This document shows positions 35,783 through 46,776 of a stretch of DNA of 64,000 bases, piece by piece (positions within the stretch are counted from its first letter, which is position 1; the number at the start of each line of letters is the position of its first letter). The DNA lies in NCBI RefSeq assembly GCF_000281045.1, contig NW_008246099.1, positions 306,372-370,371 of the forward strand, given 5' to 3'. The notes below the pieces were generated by a model. That model searched no databases and was not told the DNA's origin. It worked only from the letters and a program-made list of their open reading frames with translations. This DNA comes from Saprolegnia diclina VS20 (lineage: Eukaryota). A program made the position numbers and the translations under genes.

Positions 35783-38700
35783 TTACATGGTCACCGTGGT
35801 CGTGGGCTTGGGGCCGAGGTCGATTTCTTCCTCGACGTCGTTCTCTTCGTCGTGGCTTGCTTGCAAGTGGCCCGGCGGCGACCCGACCGCGTTGTCCCGC
35901 GGCGCAAACTCAAAGGTGCCGTCCGACGACCGCGTGCTGCCGCCGTCGAGGAGCCCCGACTTCATTTGACCCTTGAGATACAAAAACTCCTGCATTGTCT
36001 AGACACATGTCTCAGCAATCCACGGTTTTTATAGTCATAACGTACGTGCTTGTAGCGGCGCCAGATGATGACGAGACCGACGAGAAGGCCGACAACGAGA
36101 ACGATAATGAGCAGCACGACACCGGCGGCCATCGCCGCCGTGTCCTTGTCCAAGACAATATCGGAGCAGGTCTGGATCGCGGTCGCTGGCGGGGACTCAC
36201 CACCAACGCAAGCAATCGCAGACGTCGACGTGACCACTTGGGAGCCGCCAGAGCACTGCGACCGCGACAGCCTACGCACCGAGTGTCAGCGGCAAAAATT
36301 TATCTCGTCGTCCTACGTGAAGAGCGTCGAGGTGCAGAGAGGACACGCTGCGGGCGATTTCCACGTCGCGTATGACGAGCACGCAGTCGAGTTGACGAGC
36401 ACCGGCGTCGTCGTCGCGCTCGCTATCGTGTCGCTTCGTCAACGCCGCCACGCCGATAGTACGTTTACCGGTGGGACTGCACACGTAGTCGATCGTGGTG
36501 GTATAGAAGACAGCAGATGCATCGTCCGTCACGCAGAGCGACCCTTGCGAGTACACGGCGCGAAGGCCGCCGCCATTTGGCAAAACCGAGAGGTCCATCT
36601 TGCCACCGCCGTTGACAACATTGTACTTCTACACTTACGTCACATGACGACAGGCAAGTAAGCAACGTAAGCAGGCAAGGACGAACCGACGGTACAGTGC
36701 ACTGCACCAGGCCCATGCTCGGCGTGTTGTAGAGAAACGTGCCGCCCGCTTCGTTCGTGTTGGTGATGGTGAGGCCGACGACGTAAGCTTGGGGCGACCC
36801 CACAAGCACTTGGTTGTACGAGTTGGCCAAGACCGACGAGACGACGAGCGTCGACTGTTTGTTGAACTGCGGCGTGACCGGCCGAAAGACGCCGAGCATG
36901 ACGCTGTGCGACGGATCAATGGAGAGCTGCGTGCTCAGCGCGACCGTTGCGTTCGTGATATAGGCGTCTGACGTGTTGTCTGGCACGACGAGGCGCTGCA
37001 GATTCCCGAGGTTGTACGTAATGTTGTGAGCCGTGTCGACAAGCGTCGTCGGGGCCACGCACACCGTCGATCCTGGTGTGCTATAGACCTCTGGGTAGCT
37101 TTCTGTGTGAAAACAGCAATCGCAGAGAGTACCTGTACGTGTTGGTGCCGCACGGAAGGCAGCGCGTGGCTTGACCGTTCGAGTACGTGTTGAGCGGACA
37201 CGACTGGCACGTCACCGAGCCATTGTCTAGCCCAAGCCATAAATACAGGGTGCGCACATGACGATCGACGTACTGTAGACTTGGGAGTAGGTGCCAGAGG
37301 GACACGGCACACAGAACGACTGGTTGGCATTTGGTCCAAAGCCGAGAGGGCAAGCGTCGCAGAGCGCGGCGCCGCCCGTTGCTGTGCCAGAGATGCCGAT
37401 CGCTCCAATGGTCATGGTCGCGACCTTGGCGACGGCTGCGTTGCTCGTACGCCAGACGACCGAGACGACGAGCGTGCTGTTACCGTCGAGCCGCAGCGGA
37501 ATGGGCACTTGGACAAAGAAGCTGCCGTTCACGGACGCATGCGAGAGCACGGTCGGGTCTCTGTTGACAAAGAGTTCGAGCCACGCGCGACCAATGAGCG
37601 GGTCGCTCGGGAGGTTGCTCAGCGTGTAGTTGAGGCTCAGCGTCCCGTTGTGCACTTGCGTCGTCTGCGTTCGTTCCATGAGCTACAGTTGCAAACGCAG
37701 CAACATTTCCTACCACAAAGTCGAGCGGATACGAGCCCGTCCATGGCTGCATACTCGGCGACAAGTCGCGCGTGATGCCAAGCTCCGTGAGCTTCCACCC
37801 GTTTGCAATGGCGGTTTGGTTGTTGAGAATGCTTGGCCACGCGCCCCAGAGCCGGCGGGTCGCGCCGCCAAACGACAAGCTGCGCACAGCCACCATCCCA
37901 ATCCCGCAGGTCGTACACATGGTGTTGATGGCCGACGCAGACCCGTTGACTTCGACGAGCGTGCCGTTGGGGTCGATGACCTTGCCATCGGGGCACGTCA
38001 TACACACGCCAGCTAGGCAAACCAGTGATCAAGTCCCAAAATGTTGAACACGAGATATATATATATGGCCTACTGTCATCCGTGTAGTAGCCCGACGAGC
38101 AGCTGCCGCAGTCCATGTTGACGTTGCTGGCCGGCAGCGCGATGGCGTCGGGCAATGACGCATTGCACGTCATTGGCACTGCCCACGAGCGCGTCACATT
38201 GCGAAGGTTGCGCACGCAGGGGGTGTAGACGGCAGCGACATCGGCCAGCGTGCACGGCCGACTCGTCATGCATGCACCGACGCCAATCGAGCCTGCTCGC
38301 GCATACGTATTGCGTGGGCATGCCAAGCAGGCAAAGGTGCCATTTCTACGTGCAAGTTGAAAGTTGGTTGATACTTGGTTGACACAAAAGACGTACGTTG
38401 TCGTCGTTGCGTACTGGTTGACGTCGCAGACGCGGCACTGGGCACTGCTGCGGCGCGTCATGAGACCGCCGCACGGGTGGCACGTCGTGTCAGCATACCT
38501 ATGTATTCTTCGACTAAGGACAATATTGTCGATGGCGGCGTTTCGTACGCAGTGCCGAGAACTTCGACCACGCGAAGCATCGCCTTGTCCTTGCCCGAGT
38601 CGCCGTTGTAGTCTTTTGTAAACTGCCACGTGAGTGTATGGGCTCCGGACGAGACGGCAAAGGTCTTCTCGACCCAGTCGCCGGTCGTTGAGACCAGCGA

Positions 38701-39479
38701 AAGCCGCGTTTCGCCGTCCATCGTAAAGAGAAGACCGTCGTACGGCGCCTCAGCATCCACCTAATGTCCATTTTATTTGTATAAATGGTGGTCGCAGTGA
38801 GGTTTGAACCCACCTTGTACTGGAACGTGACCGACCCGTTCTTGACAAACGAGAGGCTGAGCCGCAGAATCGAGTAGAGCACGGTCGCCGAGTACTGCTC
38901 CAAGATGTCCGAGTTGTTGCCCGAGTGCACGTACGCGCCAGTGATGTCGGCGACCCACGGGTTGCAGTTGTTGACCCAGTCGCCCGAGTAGATGTCGCGC
39001 GTCAAGCACTCGGTGAAGAACTCGGGCGCGAGCGGCGTCTGCCACGCGCTTGTCGCTGCGCTGTAGAGGTTGCCACCACCGAGCGAGTACGTTCCATTCG
39101 CGCACGGCTCGCAGCCCGAGATAGGTACGGGCCCCGAGAAGCTAGGACCGTACATCGTTAGTATAGACGCAGTTGGACGATAGGCAGGCATACTTGGCAC
39201 CGAGGACAGCGCCACGCCCGCACGATACCGTACAGTCGAGGTCGTACACCGCTAAAGAAGCGCGTGTGAGCCCCGGTCAGTTGAAGAGCACGTACGTGCG
39301 TTGAGCGTAAAGGGCGTGCTGCTGCCATTCGCCGGGCACGTGAGCGCTGTCGGCGTATAGTAGTAGAGCGTCCGCTTGTTGTTGACGCAGGCGCTGAAGC
39401 CATAGCTCATGGTCGGTTCGCCGCTCTGCGCAGCGAGGGTCGCGCCGGCGACGGCGGCCACGAGCACGAGTCGGCTCAT
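35783..39479 (-). CDS. ELAPOR/KIAA1324 (UPF0577)-like type I membrane protein with Cys-rich repeats; multi-exon
   Basis: Signal peptide; CEPCANGTYSLGGG; GSVTFQY; GAHTLTWQFTK; IEV-like VVEVLGT; several CxxCPxxTY repeats; RPCTLAD; GDGSCN...TSSTACP on the minus strand; TM GVVLLIIVLVVGLLVGLVIIW followed by RRYK. Confidence 0.75.
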
Positions 39480-40414
39480 CGCACCTTGTTGAAACCTCTC
39501 GGCAAGCGAGCGAGAAATTTTAATCCTACATTTTATTTAATCTACGCTTTTGTATGAAAATACAAAGAAGCTTAGGACACCCACTCAACGGCAAATCGCC
39601 GGAAACGATTTGTCGAAATTCCAAGTGGCCAAACCTAGATTCGTTTTGCCGAATTTGGATCCAGCATCTCAACTGAAATAGACGATTGTGTAGGAGATAT
39701 TATTATAGTTCTGTCGTTCATATATTCAAAGACTTGTTTGACTGGGTCAGCTCCTCCAGCGCAATGTGCAGAAGGATACAAGTAGTAAGCGGCAGGACGG
39801 TGCGGTCCGGCGCAAAGTGCAATCTGGCCAACGCTCGCTCGAGAAGCTGCCACGTCATGACACACCCATTCCAGATACGCAAATGCTCACAAAGCTCTGG
39901 TGGCTACTACGCAAACAAATCTCGACCGGCCCGAGAAGGCTCGACGTGCTCGAGAGATTGACGTCGTACGTAGTAACTCGGGGTGCACGGCAGAGCCTAC
40001 GACGCTAGTCGTAATGGTGCACCCTTATACCATCGTCACAGTTTGGAGACGTCCATTACACTTTGTAGTACATTCAAATTTACGTTGTGACGTGTACGGA
40101 GCTTCGAGAACGGTGTACAATGTCACTGAAGCCTTTGGATCTGCGCTGCGGCTTCGATGACGCACCTGTCAGTCTGACAGCGCTATATTCAGCCAATGAA
40201 AACGCGCACGTCCCAGCGTCCCACCAATCAAAACACTGCAAGAATCTGTTGACTATTGTCGTCATCCAAATGACTGCTGCAGCGGACACAAGCGCCAAAC
40301 GGTAATCAATTGCTCCATCTCTTGGCGCCGTAAACGCCACGTACCACTATATATTCCACAGACAATTTACTTAGCGTCGGATCCAAGGGCTCGCAAAGCC
40401 GCCGCCCACATCGA

Positions 40415-40428
40415 TCATTCACCAATTT
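40415..40428 (+). promoter_or_regulatory. Oomycete Inr+FPR core promoter-like motif upstream of the SDR gene
   Basis: TCATTCACCAATTT resembles the consensus TCATTYYNCAWTTT and ends 17 nt before ATG 40446. Confidence 0.55.
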
Positions 40429-40445
40429 ACCTCCTTCCAACAACA

Positions 40446-41351
40446 ATGACTTTCTCCTTTAACGACATCCCGGACCTCACCGGCCAAGTCGCCATCATCA
40501 CCGGCGCCAACTCGGGCATCGGCCTCGTCACCGCGCGCCAGCTCGCGCTCCACAACTGCCACGTCATTCTCGCCTGCCGCTCGGCCGAGCGCGCGGTTCC
40601 CGTCGTCAACGCTTTGGCTGCCGAGATCAGTGCGACCGCTGGCAAGGTCGAGTTTATGGCCCTTGACATGATGAGTTTGGCATCCATTCGCGCATTTGTC
40701 GCTGCCTTCATTGCCAAGAACCTGCCCCTGCACATGCTTATCAACAACGCTGGCATTTACGCGGTGCCGTTCCGTCTCTCGGTCGACGGCATCGAGGCGC
40801 AGTTCGCGACCAACCACGTCGGCGTCATGGCGCTCACGCTTGGGCTGCTTCCGCTTTTGGAAGCCGCGCGTGTCGCCAAGATCGTCTGCGTGAGCTCGGC
40901 TGTCCATCAAATGGCGCCAAAGATGGGCATCAACTTCGACCACATCAACGACGAAAACGTGTACAACAAAAACACGGCGTACGGCCAATCCAAGCTGGCG
41001 ACGATCCTCTTTGCCCGCGAGCTCCACAAGCGGCTGCGAGCGCGGGGTGTCAACCACGTCTATGTCAACGCACTGCACCCGGGCGTTGTGCGCACCGACA
41101 TCTTCCGCGAACTACCGTGGATCGTGCAGCAACTCCTCTGGCTCTTCCAGCGCTCGGTGGACGACGGGGCCAAAACGCAACTCTACTGCGCGGCAAGCCC
41201 CGAGATTGAGAAGAACGGCGTCTCGGGCGAGTACTTTACGGCGATCGCGAAACTCAAAAAGACGACAACGCTCGGTCAGGACATGGCGCTCGCCGCCAAG
41301 CTCTGGACCTTCACCGAAGAGCTCATTGCGGCCAAGACACCTATCCACTGA
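40446..41351 (+). CDS. Short-chain dehydrogenase/reductase (retinol dehydrogenase/WWOX-like)
   Basis: TGANSGIG, NNAG, FATNHVG, VSS, YGQSK and LHPGVVRT in a single exon. Confidence 0.93.
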   Translation: MTFSFNDIPDLTGQVAIITGANSGIGLVTARQLALHNCHVILACRSAERAVPVVNALAAEISATAGKVEFMALDMMSLASIRAFVAAFIAKNLPLHMLINNAGIYAVPFRLSVDGIEAQFATNHVGVMALTLGLLPLLEAARVAKIVCVSSAVHQMAPKMGINFDHINDENVYNKNTAYGQSKLATILFARELHKRLRARGVNHVYVNALHPGVVRTDIFRELPWIVQQLLWLFQRSVDDGAKTQLYCAASPEIEKNGVSGEYFTAIAKLKKTTTLGQDMALAAKLWTFTEELIAAKTPIH

Positions 41352-41585
41352 GCTTAGACGTGTACATCAAAGCCGCGCCAGGGGTCGCACGCCCCAGCAT
41401 CTGCATATTCTTCATGCCACACCTTCATATAAAGCGACCAACATGATTTTTGATTTTTGTTTCCCTTGTCAAGACGAGTACTTCAATCGTTCGGCATCCG
41501 GATAAACGCGCATAAAACCGGAATCGCCTCGCCGACACGGTGGCCGGCGCGCACTACTGGCACGTGCTCATGCATCTCGTCGTAG

Positions 41586-42683
41586 ATGGTGCTGTGGCGC
41601 TTCCTGTGTATGCTCGTGGCAGTCAGTGCTGCGCCTGCCGTCAACAAGCACTCGACGTACGACCTCTCTCCTCATCTCCTCTCATCCTGGAGGCCATACG
41701 TAGCGCCTGCTCGCGCGAGCTCAGCCGCGAGGCCATGCAACTTCTCGAGCAGGTGACCTTTCAGCTGCAATCCGCCTCTTCTTATGCAATGCGTTAGCAT
41801 GTCTACCGACCTGCGCAGCAGCTCAGCTACACGATGCCGCCGCCCGAGACATGCCCGTTGGCGACCGACCAAGTGCTCTTCTTGGACCACGTACCGCCTG
41901 CCATACCAGCACTGTGCCCATAAAGCTTTGATGTAGGAGGCGCACAAGTACCGCGTACACGCCAACCGCTGGAAGTGCGGGTACTGCGGCAAGCAATTCC
42001 GCGGCGAGCCCTTCGTGGACCAGCACATGGACACCAAGCACACAGCCGAGGTACACACGGACAATCGTATCCCTTCAACCCTCGTCACTGGCTGCTCTAG
42101 GATGACCATGGTTTATGTTTGGCCGACTATTGCGATATTCTAAACTGCCCGTCGGCCCGCGCGCAGGCAACGCACGCGAAATGCAGCCACAACACCGTCT
42201 TTCGTCTGCGGCAGCAGTGCAAGGTCCGTCTTGCGCGTCTTCAACGATCTCATCCATCGCCAGACCCTCTTTCAAGCTTGCTTTCCGTACGAAGCGCCGT
42301 CGGTCAACACGATGCGGCGGTCCGAGCCGGCGTCCAATGTCCTTTTCGGTGCTTTTTGAAAGAATTTGTCGGAAATTGAAGTCGTGGCTCTAGAGTACGT
42401 GCGCGAACACGTCTGCGAGGCCATCACGTGCGAAGGCAGCTACGACGATGACGACGACGCGTCAAATCCGGTACCATTTCAACGACAACTACCTCGGTGT
42501 CGAACCCTAACCTCTGTAGTTTTTCACCGGCGTCATCATTGTGCTCAAGGTGCTCGGCATGCTTACGCTCGTCGTCTCGTGCATTCTGGTGCTCGATCGG
42601 TACGACAATCGTCGCTCTCTTTTGTCTGCGTTGCCAGCGAAGGTTGTAGGCCTGTCCGCGCCAGGCGGCATCGACATCACTAA
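41586..42683 (+). CDS. Signal peptide + C2H2-like zinc finger + Cys-rich + TM protein; multi-exon
   Basis: Spliced: MVLWRFLCMLVAVSA...ACSRELSREA...CPL...WKCGYCGKQFRGEPFVDQHMDTKH...CLADYCDILNC...C-terminal hydrophobic IIVLKVLGMLTLVVSCILVL. Confidence 0.7.
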
Positions 42684-42717
42684 CAGTTGTCGTTGTTTAC
42701 ACTCTATACTAACGCGA

Positions 42718-45120
42718 TTAGCCAAACTTCATGGCCACTTCGGCCAGCGACATGGTTTTCTTCTTGTTCTTCTTGGACGGCTTCGCGTGCTCCGGCGTTG
42801 TGGCCTTCTCACCCCACTGCCCCGACGCATTACCGTTGCCGTTGCGACCCAAGTGCACAGGCTGCACGCCGATCGCTGGACCGGCCTTGGGCAAATCCGG
42901 GAAATCGCTCTTCGTGCGGCTCGGCACCTTGTTGGGCTGCAGCGCGCGGTTGATGTCGAGGCCGTCCATACCATAGACGTCTTCCTGCGAAACGACTTGA
43001 ATCTTGGTGGTCGACGGCGTTGTTCCCGTCGCTACTGTCGGCACCGACACGGGGTCGCTCCAACTCGCACTCGAGCTCCACGAGTTGCCAGCGTCGGCAG
43101 TCGCCTTGGTGTTGCGGCTGCGGGCGCTAAAGCCATCCGTGTTGTGGACGACGAGGTTCATCTTGGGGCCGTTCCGGTTCTTGGGCACGGCGGCCGCGCC
43201 AACCTCCCGGAAGGCGTTCGACCAGCCAGTGGCCGCAGCAGGCGCCTTTTGCTTCTTGTTTTGGGTCTTCTTTGGCGCGGGTGCTGGGGCGGCCACGGGC
43301 TCCGGCGCCGGCCACGACTCGTCGCCGAGCGAGGGCGGGGCTTGTCGACGACTCAAGAGGTCAACGGCACGCGTTGGAGACGACGCCGGGACAGCTGCCG
43401 CCGCCACTGCGCGTGTCGGCGACGAAGCGGGCACCGGCGACGTCGACGCAGGAGATGTCGACGCAGGCGCTGCGGGCTTGGATTCGGGCTTGGTTTGCTT
43501 GCTTTTGCCAGCCGCTTTTTTGCCTTGGTGGAGCGCCATGACCTCGGCGACTTGGCTTTCGTCCGGGAGGAGGCTCATGAGCTTGGGGAAGAGGCGCACG
43601 AAGTCATTGGGTCGGAACATGGCACGCGCGAGGCTGTAAAACGACACGGCGGGAATGTCCTTTTGCCGAAACTTCTTGCACACTTCGCGGAACTGGATAA
43701 ACTTGGCCTCGCTCCCGAGCGCCTCCTGCAGCAAATCGACGACCGAGACGTCCGGCGTCGGGGCCGGGGCAGCCACGGGAGTCGGGGCAGGTGCCGGCGG
43801 CTTCTCTTCCTCGTCGTCGTTTTCTTCAAGGCGGTCCGAGAGGAGCTGGGTCGCCTTCTTCTTCTTGTTCTTCTTGGGCTTGACAAAGCGCATGAGCGGG
43901 TTGTTGACGCCGAGTGCGTTCGCCGCTTGCTGCAGCTCCGGGTGGTCCCACTGGTCGCCACCGTAGAGGTGGGCCCGCATCGCCATCGTCGGGGGTGGCG
44001 CGATGGCGTTGCGGTACACCGGCGCGGGCGGGGGCCCGGACGGTGCCAACTCGGGAAAGTCTTCTTGGCGTGGCATGCGGACATTGTTCTGGCTCTGCCA
44101 AAACGTCATGTTGTACGCCGCGTCAGCGTTCGAGAGCGCGGGGAAGTCGGCGACCGTGATGCCAGCCTCGCCGCTGCCGCCCGATGGCAGCATGCCAGCA
44201 GCGAGGAGCTCGTCTTCGCGAAAGCCATAGCCCGTGTACGCGTCGCGGCCTTCGCGGTCGCCGCGGCGCACTGAGAAGTTGACGTCGATCTTTTTGCTCG
44301 TGCGGATATGCGGGTGCTCGTTGGCCATGTGGGACTGGAACTGGAGGTGGTCCTTGAAGACGACAAACTTCTTCTGGAGACACTCGTTCTCTTCGCAGAG
44401 AAAATGCTCGGCACGAAAGTGCTTCTCGAGGTCGTTGTAGTCCTTGTAGTACCGGTTCTCAATGCCGTGGCCGTGGAGGCAGATCTCGCACTCAAAGTGG
44501 TTCTTCCGGAGGTGCTCGTACAGCTCTTGGTTCGAGTAGTACTTTTGGCCGCAGAAATCACATTTCGGGTGGCCGCTAAACCCCATCTCTGGGTTGCCCT
44601 TGGTCGTGTGCTTCTTCAAGCCCTCGCGCGAGAAGAGCGTCTGCTCCTGGATGAAGAGGTTGTTGTGCTCGACGCAGATATCGCAGAACGACTGGCCGCC
44701 GTGCTTGGCGCTCAAGTGGTTCTTGAGCGCGCCATAGTTGGCGAACGACTTGGTCTTCTCCGGGCACTTGGCGACCGGGCACGCGAACGACCGCATCGCG
44801 ACCACGGCCTTGTAGTTGTCCTTGAGAAAGTACATGGCCGACGCTTCGTCAAACACGTGCGTCGGGCCAATGTTGTCGCCCCAGTCCTGGAAGCTCTCGA
44901 ACGTCGTCGTCTCGTCCGTGACGCAGATGACGCGGGGCATCTCGGTCTTGCAGAGCGAGCAGTGGTTGTTCTTGAGGATCTGGCGCATGCGCAGCACGCA
45001 GAGCGAGCAGCAGCCCGTGTGGTTGCACGGGCCGACGGCGTGGAAGCGCGTCACGTTGTCGATGCTGTGGCAGCATACCAAACACGGGTTCGAAGCGGAG
45101 CTCACGCGGCGAGGTCGCAT
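42718..45120 (-). CDS. ZNF598: ZNF598/Hel2-like RING + C2H2 E3 ubiquitin ligase (ribosome quality control)
   Basis: N-terminal RING CLVC...GPCNH..CSLCVLRMR...CSLCK; GFSGHPKCDFC; HFECEIC; HFRAEHFLC; repeated DFPxL motifs. Confidence 0.88.
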   Translation of the reverse strand: MRPRRVSSASNPCLVCCHSIDNVTRFHAVGPCNHTGCCSLCVLRMRQILKNNHCSLCKTEMPRVICVTDETTTFESFQDWGDNIGPTHVFDEASAMYFLKDNYKAVVAMRSFACPVAKCPEKTKSFANYGALKNHLSAKHGGQSFCDICVEHNNLFIQEQTLFSREGLKKHTTKGNPEMGFSGHPKCDFCGQKYYSNQELYEHLRKNHFECEICLHGHGIENRYYKDYNDLEKHFRAEHFLCEENECLQKKFVVFKDHLQFQSHMANEHPHIRTSKKIDVNFSVRRGDREGRDAYTGYGFREDELLAAGMLPSGGSGEAGITVADFPALSNADAAYNMTFWQSQNNVRMPRQEDFPELAPSGPPPAPVYRNAIAPPPTMAMRAHLYGGDQWDHPELQQAANALGVNNPLMRFVKPKKNKKKKATQLLSDRLEENDDEEEKPPAPAPTPVAAPAPTPDVSVVDLLQEALGSEAKFIQFREVCKKFRQKDIPAVSFYSLARAMFRPNDFVRLFPKLMSLLPDESQVAEVMALHQGKKAAGKSKQTKPESKPAAPASTSPASTSPVPASSPTRAVAAAAVPASSPTRAVDLLSRRQAPPSLGDESWPAPEPVAAPAPAPKKTQNKKQKAPAAATGWSNAFREVGAAAVPKNRNGPKMNLVVHNTDGFSARSRNTKATADAGNSWSSSASWSDPVSVPTVATGTTPSTTKIQVVSQEDVYGMDGLDINRALQPNKVPSRTKSDFPDLPKAGPAIGVQPVHLGRNGNGNASGQWGEKATTPEHAKPSKKNKKKTMSLAEVAMKFG

Positions 45121-45754
45121 CTGTCTGCGTTGGTGGCTGGAAATGGCAAAGTGGGGTCAACCCTCGGCCGACTGCGTTTTTTAAGCCCCACAACGTTTAA
45201 ACCAGCTGGTTTTATTGCCATTCGCACAGGCAAGTACATCTTCGGACTTCGCACGTCATCTGCGTTTAGACAGGCCGGCAATTTGCAACACAGTAGGCTT
45301 CTTTCGACCCTCCAGCGTGTACGACACGGCTGCGCTACGGACAATACTTCACATGAGAATTGCCCTGCCTTGCGTGGCTCTGGCCTTCCGCACTCGGGGT
45401 ACATACTCATTCTCCACCCCAGTCCGTGCTAGGCGAATATCGCATGCGTTATACTCTTTCAACGCGTGCATTGCAGTGGCGCCATGCCGCGAAACGCGTG
45501 GTCGTATATCAGTACAAATATGTGCGTACTATCGTCGGACCATTTCGATGAGACTCGGTTATTCAAGGAAAAACTGAGTGTGGTCGGTCGCGCGGTTGTC
45601 TTCAAGCGGTCTCATCTACGGCAATTACTGCGTCGGTGGGTTTAACGCAAGTAAAACGCGTGTGCACCGAGGATGGCCCCCATTCGCACATAACGTTCCA
45701 CAAAACTTCCGTTGATGGGCACCATCACTCTGCGCGGTTGAAACACCCGCCCGC

Positions 45755-46759
45755 ATGGCTGTGCGTCCGCTGCAGGCGCCCGACGTGCGTCGCGTCCGGG
45801 TGGCCATGGCCTCGGACGACGACGCGCAGCTGTGGTGGCGCCACGCCAAGCCTCGCGCGCACCGACCGCCACGGACGACGACGCTGGCGCTGGCCCGCGA
45901 GCTCGCGCTCGACGAGGAGCGCGACTGGATGAAGAAGCACAAGAAGGCGCGCAAGTTTGAGTTTACGGCCGCCGAGAAGCGCATCTTGCGGCAGTGGTTT
46001 GACGTGCTCGACACAGACCAGTCGGGCAGCGTCAGCACCGAGGTGTGGTCGCACACACGAGTATTTGTAGCCGATGGCGTCGTGGCGTAGGAGCTCGAAG
46101 ACACACTGCTCACGCTGGGCTTGGCGTCGACCGCCGACGAGACGCAAGCGATCGTGACCGCCATCGACACGGACGGCAGCGGGTCCGTGGACTTTGGCGA
46201 GTTTGTGCGTGCGCTCATGCCGCAGCCGGCCGAGAAGGACGCGCTGCTCAACAACGCGGCCAAGCGGGACAAGTCTTTTCTGGGCTTGAAGAAGAGCATG
46301 GAAGCCCAAGTCAAAGGCCTCTTGGATGCGAAGACGCACGTGTCGATCGAGCGCCGCAAGTTCCTCGTCAACACCATCACATCGCGGAAATGCGAAGACA
46401 TTGACGTCGCGGTCCACCACGCGCTCTGCGCCAAGAAGGCGCTCGGACCCCACCGACCGTCGCTCAACACGCTGCGTCTCGACGGTCTCCACGACGTGTT
46501 TCGGCGGTCAGCGGCCGCGACCGTGCGTCTCCATATGCACCAGCGTCGTAGCATGATCGTTCGTATGTAGCGCGCCAAGACCGATGCCATGCGCGCGAGG
46601 CAGTTGCCGACCATCAACGCCGACGAGACGCAGTCCGAGGTGGCCCGGCGCCTCCACGCCCAAGCCAACGCCCGCGCGGTAAGCGAGCAAGGCCTGCACA
46701 CGGCGCTGCCCGCGATTGCGCCGCCTGCCCGCGCGACGTCCGAGCAAGCCATGCTGTAA
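45755..46759 (+). CDS. EF-hand calcium-binding protein; two introns
   Basis: Loops DTDQSGSVSTEE (across an intron) and DTDGSGSVDFGE. The start could be a later Met. Confidence 0.75.
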
Positions 46760-46776
46760 TCTTTATTTAACAGAGC

